This document shows, one piece after another, positions 12,863 through 24,050 of a DNA stretch of 63,103 nt (its first letter is position 1; each line of letters begins with the position of its first letter). The stretch is from Negaprion brevirostris. Its lineage: Eukaryota. The DNA lies in contig JARDVH010000059.1 in assembly GCA_030324005.1 (NCBI GenBank), forward strand, positions 96,412,023 to 96,475,125, in the 5' to 3' direction. The notes beneath the pieces are model-generated. The model had not been told where the DNA came from. It saw only the letters and a program-made list of their open reading frames with translations, and ran no database searches. The translations under genes were made by a program, and so were the position numbers.

Positions 12863-13472
12863 CTGGAATCTATACAAATGCAATTAAATGCAGAAGTTGC
12901 CGTCTGTGGTTCTGTGCTTCTCCGTAGAGTGTCCAGTTGATATTTCTGCAGTTTGCAATCAATAGAAGTCACTGAACTGATACAAACTTGCCCTTTTATA
13001 CTATTAGTCGCACTGTAAAACTCGTGAAAAAGTTACATCCTGTTAAATTAAGTATCATTAGGTTTTTTAAACAGTGTACTAAATTTCTAATTACTGCTGA
13101 GAAATCTCTCCGGCCCGAAAAATGTAATTTCGTAGATGTGGAAAGTTAATTTTCTCCATTATGTTTAGAAAAATACTTTTAAAACTTTGTATTTTTCTGA
13201 AATTTATGAGATTTCAGCCTCTGCATTAGTCCCATGTTTATATCCCAATCATTGATTTTGCTTTCCAAAATGTAATTAAAAGTGAAGGATATCAGTGCAT
13301 TTTATTTCCTGGCTTGCTGTCTTTGAGAATACTTAAGTTTGATTGGCTGCTTAGCCTGCTTGATAACAATAAATAATGATGAACAATCAACTCAGAACTT
13401 CCAAATATCTGTGATTCTTTGCTGTAATGTAACAAAATAATTCAACATAAATCGTATTTTTTTCAATTTCAG

Positions 13473-13558
13473 TGCCTCGATCAAGTGCAGGGCATTGCAT
13501 GGATAAAAAATGAGAGACTCCCAACATTCCTTATGAGTGATTGTTACTTCGAGTACAG
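13473..13558 (+). CDS. RGS22: RGS22 exon, 86 nt, phase 0-2: CLDQVQGIAWIKNERLPTFLMSDCYFEY(R)
   Basis: tttcAG acceptor, AG|GTGAAA donor, strong RGS22 motif. Confidence 0.95.
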
Positions 13559-14497
13559 GTGAAAGCTCCAAATCCTTTTCCACGAGCGATTGTTAATATT
13601 TACCTCACACAATAACCATGTTTTCAATAAGCTTGAATATACACCTTGTAGTCATGAATAATCAGTGTATTGCTTAATAAATATCAATTTATAGTTTACA
13701 ATTGCTTGTATAAGTGAGAAGAAACTATCTTGAATATTTCCCTGTTTGAGCGGTAAAGCTAGAGGGCATCTGCCAAGGGCTCTTTCTAACCAGCTACTAG
13801 GAGATAGACAAAAATGAGCATCGATTTGCTCTTCCTTTTGACTTTTCCTTTCTCTTTGGGAAAGCAGTCCGTTTCCTTGTGGCTTTTTGCCAGGGGCATA
13901 GCTGGATTTAGGATCTCAAATGAGGAATGGTGACTGTGAAGATATGTGAATCTAGTAGTTACAATTTGAAAAGCTTTTGTGTGAGGAGGATGCTTTTGCT
14001 GCTTGTGTTTTGGTCTTCCTTTCCCTTTTTACCCTTACTTTTGTTGATTACGTTTGTCCTCTCCTCTTGAATGGAACAGTTGTAATTCCATGGATGTCAC
14101 AGCACTCCAGTATCTTGCTCCAAAAGCCTTCCTTAACGCGTGAACATATGGATGGAATTTTGGAGTTTCAAGTCTTATCCAATTTTACTGCCAGGTAGAG
14201 AATGAACATGTGCCCTCATTTTGCAGTATCATAGCAGTCAGAAGCAGAAACTGTGTTTCCTCCTCTAGTCTACTATGTTGAGATCTGTGAACTCACTACA
14301 AACGGCAGACCAAACCTCAACATGTACTAACTCTTCTGGCTGAATCTTTGGCTGTCAGCTGTGTTTGTCTAGCTAGTCATTACCTAAACTGCATCTAGCT
14401 TCTGACCTTCCTTTATTGTGTAGAGTTTATTGGAACAGTTTTTTGACATTTTAAATCTACTGCAGTCCTGACAACCAACTAATCTGAGATTGCTTGT

Positions 14498-14832
14498 GGG
14501 CTGCAAGGTAGTATAGTGTTCATCACTGTTGGCTCACAGCCCCAAGATCTGGGTTGAATTCTAGCCTCGGGTCACTGTCTGTGCGGAGTTTGCACATCCT
14601 CCCCATGTCTGAATGGGCTTCCTCCGGGGTGGTCTGGTTTCCATCCACACTCCAAAGATGTGCCAGTTAGGTTGATTGGCCATGTTAAATTGACCATTAG
14701 TCTTAGGGAAATTAGCAGGGTAAATATATGGGGTACGGGGATAGGGCCTGGCTGAGATTGTTGTCGGTGAAGATTTGATGGGCCAAATGGCCTCCTTCTG
14801 CACAGTAGGGATTCTATGAAAACTTTCTATGA
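14498..14832 (+). mobile_element. HE1/V-SINE
   Basis: Family match; tail gtagggattctatg. Confidence 0.85.
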
Positions 14833-15139
14833 AAGCTAAACTCAATAGAATTAAAACATAAAGTTGTTATGAAAAACAGGTTTACAATCTCAGCTCATAG
14901 GGGAAATCTTACTTCCTACAGAGTTTACAATAACATTTCATTCTGTAAGAATCATTGTTACTGCCAACTGAAATAATTAGAAGTGTTTAAATGTTTAAAA
15001 ACTTAATATTACAAGTTAATATAGGCGTGCACTTTGCACTCTTGTTCCAGCAATTTAAAACTTATTGACAGGCTATCAAACCTATTGTAGTGAAGACACT
15101 CCATGAGGTAACGGCTGACATGTGACCGAATTGCATATA

Positions 15140-16470
15140 CCTACTTTTGTTGCATATCCTTCAAATCATTTGGTTAGAAAAAATCTATTAAATACAGGTA
15201 CACAATTAGTCTAGCATCAAGTACCCAGTTGCAGAAGAACATTCCGAACTTCTACCACCCTTTGCTGTCGAAGTGTTTCTTAACTTCAGTTCAGGCAGCC
15301 TGACTCTAACAGTTAAGCCAATGGTTCTTAACCTTTTTTTGGTTGAGGAATGCTATGACATATTGTGGAATTCTGTCAAACCCCAATCCTCTTTCCTCCC
15401 ACTTGCCTTTCACTTTATAATAAACAGAATAAGACAATTTTAAATTAATGATTATTTCTCATTAACTGTAAGAATGTATTTTGAAAAATTTTATACAATT
15501 TTCAAATGACCTAAAAATTGAGTGGAACCCTTTTGGAATGTTCAGGGAAGCTTTGGGTTCTGGGACATCCTGGTCTAAAAATGTTGATTTAGGCAATGTT
15601 ACCTAGTCTTAGGTTCCCCCACCAACAGAAATAGTTTTGCTCAATTTACCTAATGTCTTCCCCTTAACATCTTGAAGACTTCAATCGAGTCATCCCTTAA
15701 CTTTTCGCCACAAAATGTAGCCTTGGATTAAGTAAAGTGTCCTCATAATTTAACCTGAAAGTTAGTTATCATTCTGGTAAATCTACACTACCACACCACC
15801 CAAGGTCAATGGATCCTTCCTAAAGGCGTGATGCCCAGTTTAGTAAAACAAAGGCTTTGTATTATCAAAGGATGACATCTACCACATTGTTTCTAGTTCT
15901 CTGGATGTAGAGCCCAAGATTCCATTAGCCTTCATTATTATTTTCTGCACCTGTATATATTTTAATGATCTGGATACCTGGACCCCAAATTTCTTTGGGC
16001 CTCTACTATTTTTAGATTTTTACCATTTAGAAAGTATTCTGATCTATCCTTTTTAGTTCTAAAACTGATGACCTCAAGCTTGCTTACATTGAAATCCATT
16101 TATCATGTTTTTGCTCAATTCACTTCACCTATTACTATGAGTAATTTTATGTTTCTGTCTTCACTGCTGACAATGCCACCCACCTTTGTGTCATTGGCAA
16201 AATTAGATATGTGACATTCTATCCTTCATCCAAGTCATTAACAAATGCAGTGAATAGTTAGGGCCCCAATACAGATCTTTTTGGATGCTATTATTTACAT
16301 CATGCCAATTGGCATATATCCCATTATCCATACCCTCCATTTCCTGTTACTCAACTAACTTCCTGACTATGTCAATTTGTTTTCATTGCCATGTGCTTCA
16401 ACTTTAGCTAACAATCTTTTAAAGGAATTATTGAATGCTTTCTGGATGTCCATATAAATGATATCTATAA
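15140..16470 (-). mobile_element. Old CR1-type LINE RT/3' fragment
   Basis: Minus-strand remnants of the Y.DFQKAF, GS.LGP.LF and FADDTK.G RT motifs. Confidence 0.75.
15319..15586. mobile_element. hAT/Charlie-like MITE nested in CR1
   Basis: Starts CAATGGTTCTTAACC; flanks AGTTAAGC and ATTTAGGC (6/8 match, 8-bp TSD-like). Confidence 0.5.
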
Positions 16471-16489
16471 AAAATGTTTTTATAAATTA

Positions 16490-17150
16490 TTTAAATTTAT
16501 GGAAATTGTCATCTACATGTGGTTAGCGAACCTAACACTCAATCATCCAGGCTCACTTGCCTTTACAGCCTTGCCGTAAGATGTTCTCTCTGGCGAGGAA
16601 AACACCTGCTCCCCATAACGGGGAACAGTCGTGTTGGACTTGCCAATGGAATCGGAAGGCCAAGTGCAAGACGGGGGTGCCGTTTGGGCAGTTCCAGACT
16701 GGCAGTGCAACCCAAGCATGTGGACAATGCCAGCCCGGCACCTAGGCAATGCCCAATGGGCAGTGCAAGGCTTGNNNNNNNNNNNNNNNNNNNNNNNNNN
16801 NNNNNNNNNNNNNNNNNNNNNNNNNNNNTGATCTTATTGAATGGCGGAGCAGGCTCGAAGGGCTAGATGGCCTACTCCTGCTCCTATTTCTTATGTTCTT
16901 ATGAAGGAGGGGCTCATCTTGGGCTGTAGGCCCTCGCAATTGTGGAGGAGGGGAGCTAGGGGAGGCTGCTTTCAGGAGCAGGTGCCTGACAGCTCTTTCT
17001 CTGTCTGTCAGACCTTCGCTACTTTAATGCGCATGTACAATATCAGAGGTCTGCACCTGCACAATAGCTCCCTCTACAGGCTGTCCGGCAAATTAAGCAC
17101 CGCCCACAGCCCCTCTGGTCAGAAACAATTTGTTAAAAATTTTAGAGACA
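16490..17150 (-). mobile_element. Non-autonomous DNA element, inverted sister of 28450-29412, with CR1 tail inserted at 16829-16903
   Basis: 16490-16660 is the reverse complement of 29100-29262. Confidence 0.7.
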
Positions 17151-17184
17151 GAGTGCATAAGATTGGGTGTAAAAACTCATCTGT

Positions 17185-17416
17185 CGGGAGAAAGATACAA
17201 AAGTCTAAGTCATGTACCAATCAACTCAAGAACAGCTTCTTCCCTGCTGCCATCAGACTTTTGAATGGACCTACCTCGTACTAAATTGATCTCTACACCC
17301 TAGTTATGATTTTAACATGACATTGTGTAGTGCTTTGTCTGTACAGCATGTAAGAAATAACACTTTTCACTGTATACTAATACTTGTAACAATAATAAAT
17401 CAAATCAAAAATCAAA
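17185..17416 (+). mobile_element. Rex1-type LINE 3' end
   Basis: TNQLKNSFFPAAIRLLNG and (TCAAA)n tail. Confidence 0.8.
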
Positions 17417-17813
17417 TATGGAACTCTCTTTCAGACTAGCTGGACACACAGGAAAAAAGTCTCATAAAATTCCACCCATTCGTTTTTGGGTCAGCAGTAA
17501 ACAGTATCAGAAAACTTCTTCACCATGTTTCTGGCAAATGGATTAGAAACTTGGGATAGCTTTAAAATGTTGGCTTGTTTCTTTTTGGATGAATGATTAT
17601 TCATACATTGCTCTCACAGTATTTCATATCTCTTACGTGGCCCATTATAGACATAAATACCATTTAATATCTTGCACTGTCCTGCAATCCAATATCATTT
17701 CAGGCATCAATTACTCAAAGTAGTGTGTCGGTATTTAACATCTGAAAAGAAAATGTTTTTAGTCATATGAGTACCATCTGTCTGACCAATATTTTTCCCA
17801 ATATCAATTGCAG

Positions 17814-18003
17814 ACTGGCAAAGTTGCTGTCTCAGTTAGAATGCAAGCCTGGACTTGGCGTGCCACAAATAGACTCTACTTACCGCCCATGGCATATTGA
17901 AAAAGAGTCCACGTCTACAATTGTAGACCTAGCTGAAGCTACCACGGAAGAGATGCATACGGGCTACGTAGAAGGAAGTGATATGGCACCGCTGTACACT
18001 GAG
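17814..18003 (+). CDS. RGS22: RGS22 exon, 190 nt, phase 2-0: (R)LAKLLSQLE...YRPWH...APLYTE; GC donor
   Basis: ttgcAG acceptor, RLAKL motif, GAG|GCAAGT donor giving the phase 0 needed by the next exon. Confidence 0.85.
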
Positions 18004-19189
18004 GCAAGTTTGCTAGTAACATCTTTTGTTGCTAAGCCATTTAACTGTGGCTGTCTTCCAATTGATCTTTAATCTTATACTTGCAAGGTAATGAGGGAGT
18101 GAAAGCCAACAAAAATGTAATTTTTGACAAATGTCACCAAATTTCAATTTTCAAAAAATTTTGGGTTTGCAAAGTTATTTGAAAAATGTTTTGAGCAATT
18201 ATGCATACAAATAGATTAGGTGTCAAAGAGATGTATGATGGAAGAATGTGTAGTCCTGAATATCCACTTTTGTAACTATGGGAAAGCAGAAATTATGATG
18301 CACCAGGTGGAGGGGGCGGGGAGGTGAAGATTGATCTTGGTAGAGCTCCGGGTGGCAGAGTAATGTCAAAAGGTGAAATCTTTAGCCTTCCCATGTGGTA
18401 AGTTTTGTGGTGGAGGCATTTATTCAGGTGGGAGGGTAAGGATCCCCTGCCCACTTTCACCCTGATTAAGTCAAATATTAATGGTTAGTTAAGGGCCTCA
18501 TTTCACCAGGCAGGGACTCACCATGCAAGGAGCATGACAAGCATATTCTGCTGTCTTTCTTTGTGGACTACCTGGCAGGGGGTTGGGTGGGCAGGGGGAG
18601 GAGTGGGAGAGATATGGGGGCAAGGCCTCTCATTCAAAGGTACTCAATGCTTGATCAAAGGATCCAGCATCAGGGAGTGGTGGTGGTGGTGGGGTGGGGG
18701 AGGGAAGGGGAGGGGAATGTGTTTGCCAAGTGCCAGCCCTTGCTGCCAAACCCCCTTACCCTCTCCCCTGTGACTCAGATGATGTAGTACCAGCAGCAGC
18801 CAATGTCTTCCTAGTGGCGCATCTGAGCAAAGAAGTNNNNNNNNNNGTGCTGTCAGCTTCGGATAGACTGGTGGCCCTTGGTATTCTCAGTTTTTCACCA
18901 CCCCGCCGTCCCCTCCCCACCCTGGATTTCTTGGGGAAGGCTTGATGCTGGCCTTCTAAGCGCCTGAGTAGAACAAGATGCAGAAAGCCTTCTCAAAAAA
19001 AGCAAAGCAAAGTTTCGCTAGCTCACGAGCCAGCAACCGAGATCCACATTGCTCCAACAAGATTCTGCCCAAGGACATACATTAAAACCAAAGGATCTCT
19101 CAACCAGTGTCAACACATCTTGGGTCACCACTTGATCAGAGAGCTAAATGGTGCATTGAAAAACTGCTTGACTGGTGCACAAAGGAAGA

Positions 19190-19700
19190 GTATACATTTA
19201 TATAAAGCCTTTTAAACTTCAGGACATTAAATAGCACTTCAAAGTTAATGCTTTTTGCTATCATGTATGAAGCACAGCAGTCAATTTGTCCTCAGCAATA
19301 TCTCACAACCGAAATCGAAGTAAGTGATCAGATCATTTTAATGGTGTGATTGAGGGATAAATGTTAACAAAGGCATCAGGAACATATCCATGATTTTTCT
19401 CAATTAGTGCCATGAGACATTTTACATCCAGTAAGNNNNNNNNNNNNNNNNNNNNNNNNNNNNNNNNNNNNNNNNNNNNNNNNNNNNNNNNNNNNNNNNN
19501 NNNNNNNNNNNNNNNNNNNNNNNNNNNNNNNNNNNGTTGGACTTAAACCTGGTGTTGTCAGACTTCTTACTGTGTTTACCCCAGTCCAACACCAGCATCT
19601 CCACATCATGACATTTTACATCCACCAGAAATTTAGTTTAACTCTTCATTCAGAGGATTGTCAATAATGAAACATTTCATGAGCACTGCAGTGCAATAAG
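19190..19700 (-). mobile_element. Ancient DeuSINE/SacSINE-like SINE, interrupted by a Penelope-type insert
   Basis: catttatataaagcc...agtgccatgagacattttacatccacc pattern; related fragments near 6605-6745, 27097-27140 and 39430-39560. Confidence 0.5.
19431..19609 (+). mobile_element. Short Penelope-type element with 15-bp TSD; 5' part in N gap
   Basis: GACATTTTACATCCA at 19416-19430 and 19610-19624. Confidence 0.75.
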
Positions 19701-20114
19701 GCAGCAGTGCTACTTTACAAATTATGACTTCAGTGAAATTTGTCCTGTGACTTTGCAAGTACTTTAACTGGCTAGCTCACACTGAAACCTATCAGGCTTT
19801 ACTCCCTTCTGCTAAAACTGTACATTTCAGGATCATCCAGGAGAGTAAAGGCAATCCCTGGTTATTTTTTTCTCCATTAGCAACCATCTTCTTGAATGCT
19901 TTTCCCCTGTGATCTCAACCTTCACCTTCACTAATAAGTGCAAGGAGCTCATGGTCTTCTTTTTGATTTGGATTGAGCCACTTGTTCAGTTTCTTATTAC
20001 CCTGCTCCTTGCTTACTGCCCTGCTCCTTGCTCACCAAATCAAACCTAGTCCTGGCCCTCCCTTTGCTAACTCTGAGCCCCCTCCTTTCTCACATTTCTC
20101 TTCAGAGTCCCCTG

Positions 20115-20262
20115 GGAGGAAGTGGAGCATGTGGAGAAAACCCGTGTGGACTTGGGGAGAATGTGCAGACTCCATACAGACAGTCACCCAAGGCCAGAAT
20201 TGAACCCAGGTCCCTGGCATTGTGAGGCAACAGTACTGACCACTGTGCCATCGTGCTGCCCA
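20115..20262 (-). mobile_element. HE1/V-SINE 5' half
   Basis: Family match. Confidence 0.8.
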
Positions 20263-20772
20263 CACTGGCTAATCATATAAAATGTTTCATCTGCTCAGGT
20301 ACCAACATTGTCCTTTTCAAGAATTCACTCTAGCCTTCACTGTCCTTGCGTATTAGAGCTCTTCATAATACTGGATGGCATGATCCTGCCAGCTCACAGT
20401 ACAGCTGGGACAGAGGAGATGACTACTCTGCATACACTTATCCCCAGCAGAAGTCTGACATTGATGATCCTTGTGATGAAGATCCAACATTACTAGGTCC
20501 CCACACTGGTTTTCAATTGGCTTTTCAGTTCCTCTCTACAGATTTGCGGTCCAGGAACTTCAATGGCTGAGAATATTGGAGGCTATAATAGATAATGCAT
20601 TCTCATCCCATTCATTGAATCCTTATGGTGATTATTTTCATATTATAGAGTAGACTAAGACCATCTGGATAAATTTATATTTTCTGTTGTATTGATGGCA
20701 TTGCCATTGTGTGAAGCAGTTCACATCTGCCATAGGGTTAATGACTCAGGGAAAAACATCAAGAGTAGATTT

Positions 20773-21167
20773 TGGGGCAGCACGGTGGCCCCGTGGTTCG
20801 CNNNNNNNNNNNNNNNNNNNNNNNNNNNNNNNNNNNNNNNNNNNNNNNNNNNNNNNNNNNNNNNNNNNNNNNNNNNNNNNNNNNNNNNNNNNNNNNNNNN
20901 NGTAGATTTTGGGGCAGCACGGTGGCACAGTGGTTAGCACCCAGGTTCGATTCCTAGTTTGGGTCACTGTCTGTATGGACTTTGCACATTCTCCCCATGC
21001 CTGCATGGATTTCCAGTTTCCTCGCACTATCCATAGATGTGCAGGTTGACCATGCTAACATGCTCTCTTAGTGTACCTGACTTAGTGTGGCGACTAAGGA
21101 ATTTTCACAGTAACTTCATTGCAGTGTGAATATAAGTCCTACTTGTGACTAATAAATTAAAAAAACT
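20773..21167 (+). mobile_element. V-SINE with type-2 tail; gapped
   Basis: gggcagcacggtggcacagtggttagcac head and type-2 tail. Confidence 0.8.
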
Positions 21168-21510
21168 TATGGTCCAAGAGGAGTCGGGCAAGAGGCCAGA
21201 GGTAATGAAAAGTTTCAATACTGTTAGGGTTCCAGCTGATGTTACTACTGGACAAGTCAGATCCTAGGTTGGCGTTAGGCCTTACAGATCGTAACTTTTA
21301 TTTTTTGTCTGGAAAAAAGTGGAAAGCAGCTACTGAATAGTCAGATTCTGCTGATGAATTCTATTAAACAAAAAAAAATTAACTATTTTATGCCACTCCT
21401 TCACCCTCAATATGCCTTTACAGATGTACACAGATTTGTAAGGATAACATAGGTTACAAAATACATCTTATACTCTAATGTTCTCAGTAAAAATGCAGTC
21501 CATTGGAAGG

Positions 21511-21874
21511 TATCCAATAGAAAGAATTGCTTGGGAGAAGATTCCAAACCAAGTACACCCCACATTCTAAAACCAAGTGGCAGATGCCAAACAACTTCCA
21601 TGAATATTTCATCAACACACGACAGCCCCTCCCCCCACAGACACTTATCACACCATGAGCCAATTGGTCTTACTGAAACTCTGGGTGTGATCTTACCTGC
21701 CATTCATGCCATGCTCCTGCTGCAGCGAGGTAGGAGAATTTGGCAGCTAGGAAAATCCCACAGGCGTGAACAGTGATAAGATTCCGACCTTTGTCTTTCA
21801 CATGAGTGCTTCCAATCTCAATGCTCAAGTACTTGGTTTGGAATCTTCTCCCAAGCAATTCTTTCTATTGGATA
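21511..21874. repeat. Perfect 46-bp inverted repeat (21511-21556 and 21829-21874), 272-bp spacer
   Basis: TATCCAATAGAAAGAATTGCTTGGGAGAAGATTCCAAACCAAGTAC and its exact reverse complement. Confidence 0.97.
21683..21789. mobile_element. Small MITE; sister copy at 39572-39699
   Basis: gggtgtgatcttacc...gataagattccgacc aligns with ggggtgcaatcttacc...gataagattccaacc. Confidence 0.65.
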
Positions 21875-22768
21875 TCTCCAACAGTGGTCCACTTCCAAGG
21901 TTTCAATCTCTCCTTCTGATATTTCTTTCCCTTGGATCGCCACGTGTTTTCAAGCTTCGCCTTTCACACACTGTCTGGTGTTCAGCATTATCAACAGAAC
22001 ACTGTTTCACAGAGTCAAAAGTCACCAACTTTTAGTTGTCTCCGCTGTCTTTAGGCTTCTTGCAAATTCACTTTTTCCCAAGTCTACTTCTGGCAGCTTT
22101 CTCCCTTTAAACTTGAAGTCTTCCTCTGCTCCGTACTTTTGGCATCACTTCACAAATTTCTGATCTTTTCCTTTTATTTGACTCAAAGGTCTTCTTCGGA
22201 CCTTTCTCCTTTTCCTTTAAGACCTGTTCCCTGCAGTTCTTCTCTATGCAGACTGCTTGATATCTCCCTTGAGATCCAGAACACACTTGATGTTCACTGT
22301 TACATTAACTTTAGAGTAATTTGTCTGAGATTCTGAGACTTATTTCCCTCAGCAGTCAGCTAGTACATCCAGTTAGAGAAATTTAAACTACTCTCTGCAC
22401 CTCAGAGCATAATCACCATCTGAACTAAAAACTGCTGTTCTGTTGTTGTGGGTGCCTCTCTCTAGTCCGCTGTTGCTAGGCACAGCACAGTAACTTCCCT
22501 GAATGATTTCAAAAGTGTGAAAGCCTCATTTAAAATGCAGGTATACTAGCAGCTGTCTCCACTCTAAAAGAAAACTAGGGCCCAGGTTTTACCTTTTTAA
22601 CCCAAAAATAAAGAAGACAAATTAAAATTAAACTTAAAGTTAAAACTTAACCTGAACAGCCCCATATACAAATAGAACTTACTTAAAACTATCTTTCTTT
22701 TCTAACAATATCCAGGACTGCAGTAAAGAGTCAGAAGAAGAGAGCAAAGATGCAGATCCTAAAAGCAT

Positions 22769-23752
22769 GTCAGTTCCAGGACTCCACTGCAGGAGTTCCT
22801 GAGGAACTCCTAGGCGCAACCATTTTCAGCTGTTTTACCAATAACCATCCTCCCACCATAAAGTCAGAAGTGGGATGTTCACTAATGACCGCACAATGTT
22901 CAGTAACATTCGCAACTCCTCAGATACTGAAGCAGTCCATGTCCAAATGCAGCAAGACCTCGATAATTTCCAGGCTTGGGCTGATAAGTGACAAGTAATA
23001 TTTGTGCCACACAACTGCCAGGCAATGACCAACTCCAACAAGAGAGGATGTAACTGTCACCCCTTGACATTCAATGACATTACCATCAATGAATCCCCCA
23101 CATTCAACATCCTGGGGTTTCTATTGATTAGAAACTGAACTAGACTAGCCATATAAATACTATGGCTACCAGAGCAGATAGACACTAGGAATTCTGTGGT
23201 TAGTCACTTACCTTGTGACTCCCCAAAACATGTCCACCATCTACAAGTTGCAAATCAAGAGGGTAACGGAATACTTTTCTCTTGCCAAGATGAGTGCTGC
23301 TCCAACAACAACACAAGTAGCTTGACACCATCCAGAACAAAGCAGCACACTTGATTGCTATACCTTCCACAAACATTATCTTCCTTCACAGCAAACAGTG
23401 GCAGCTATATGTACCATTTAAAAGATGCACTGCAGGAACTCATTAGTCAGCACCTTCTAAACCCACAACCACTTCCATCTAGATGGACAAGAGCAGCAGT
23501 ACCTGGGAACACCACCACCTGGAAGTTCCCTCTGAGTCACTCATTACCATGACTTGGAAGTTTATTGCCATTCCTTCTGTTGCTGGATCAAAATCCTGGA
23601 ATTCTCTCCCTAACAGTAATGTGGATACACTACACCTCAGGGATTACAGCGGCTTAAGGAGGCAGTTGCCGCTTTGTCAAGGGCAACAAGAGATGGGCAG
23701 TAAAAATCTTGGTCTAGTCAGCACCACCCACTTCCCATAAAATGATTTTTTA
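22769..23752 (+). mobile_element. CR1-type LINE RT C-terminus and 3' UTR
   Basis: TAGVP..LG.TIFSCF.N and degenerate FADD; tail shared with 8713 and SINE family 2. Confidence 0.8.
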
Positions 23753-23896
23753 AAGAAGTGTTTAAGCTGCTTATATCTCCATTGAGTTACTGCAGTTTCT
23801 TCAGATGAATACATTTTTATCCAAAGTACAACCACCATAAACTTGTTTTTGAGAATATTATTCTAATTATTGCAAGAAACAATTTTGCCTCCGTAG

Positions 23897-24050
23897 GCTT
23901 CCAATGCCCAAACTGAAGAATTGTTCACAGAAATAGTGGAAGAAGCTCCAATAATGAATATCCCTGCCGAAGATCATGGTACAATCAGTATTAGGGCATC
24001 AACACATTCTTCTCCAAGTACTATGACGCTCACAGGAAGTATTACACCCG
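23897..24050 (+). CDS. RGS22: RGS22 exon, 154 nt, phase 0-1: ASNAQTEELF...TGSITP
   Basis: ctccgtAG acceptor, G|GTAAGA donor, open frame; start resembles RGS22 ASYTQT. Confidence 0.85.

Larger units (their letters stand above)
21222..22707. mobile_element. Putative 1.49-kb solo LTR containing a MITE and a perfect 46-bp inverted repeat
   Basis: TGTTAG...CTAACA termini; flanks ATAC and ATAT (3/4 match TSD). Confidence 0.55.

Noticed and set aside
13760-14200. Possible antisense exon or RTE-type LINE 3' relic
   Set aside because: Stops in the frame I translated, no minus-strand ORF in the track and no clear motif; cannot be classified.
20346-20570. 74-aa acidic ORF in the RGS22 intron
   Set aside because: No convincing splice donor or recognisable homology, and the flanking exons join without it.
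20763-20926. Direct repeat GTAGATTTTGGGGCAGCACGGTGGC on both sides of a 100-N gap
   Set aside because: Typical overlapping contig ends around a placeholder gap; an assembly artefact rather than a duplication.
22716-22768. Candidate cassette exon (ctaac...ccAG acceptor, AT|GTCAGT donor)
   Set aside because: 53 nt would shift the frame, the acceptor comes from the LTR end, and there is no expression evidence.
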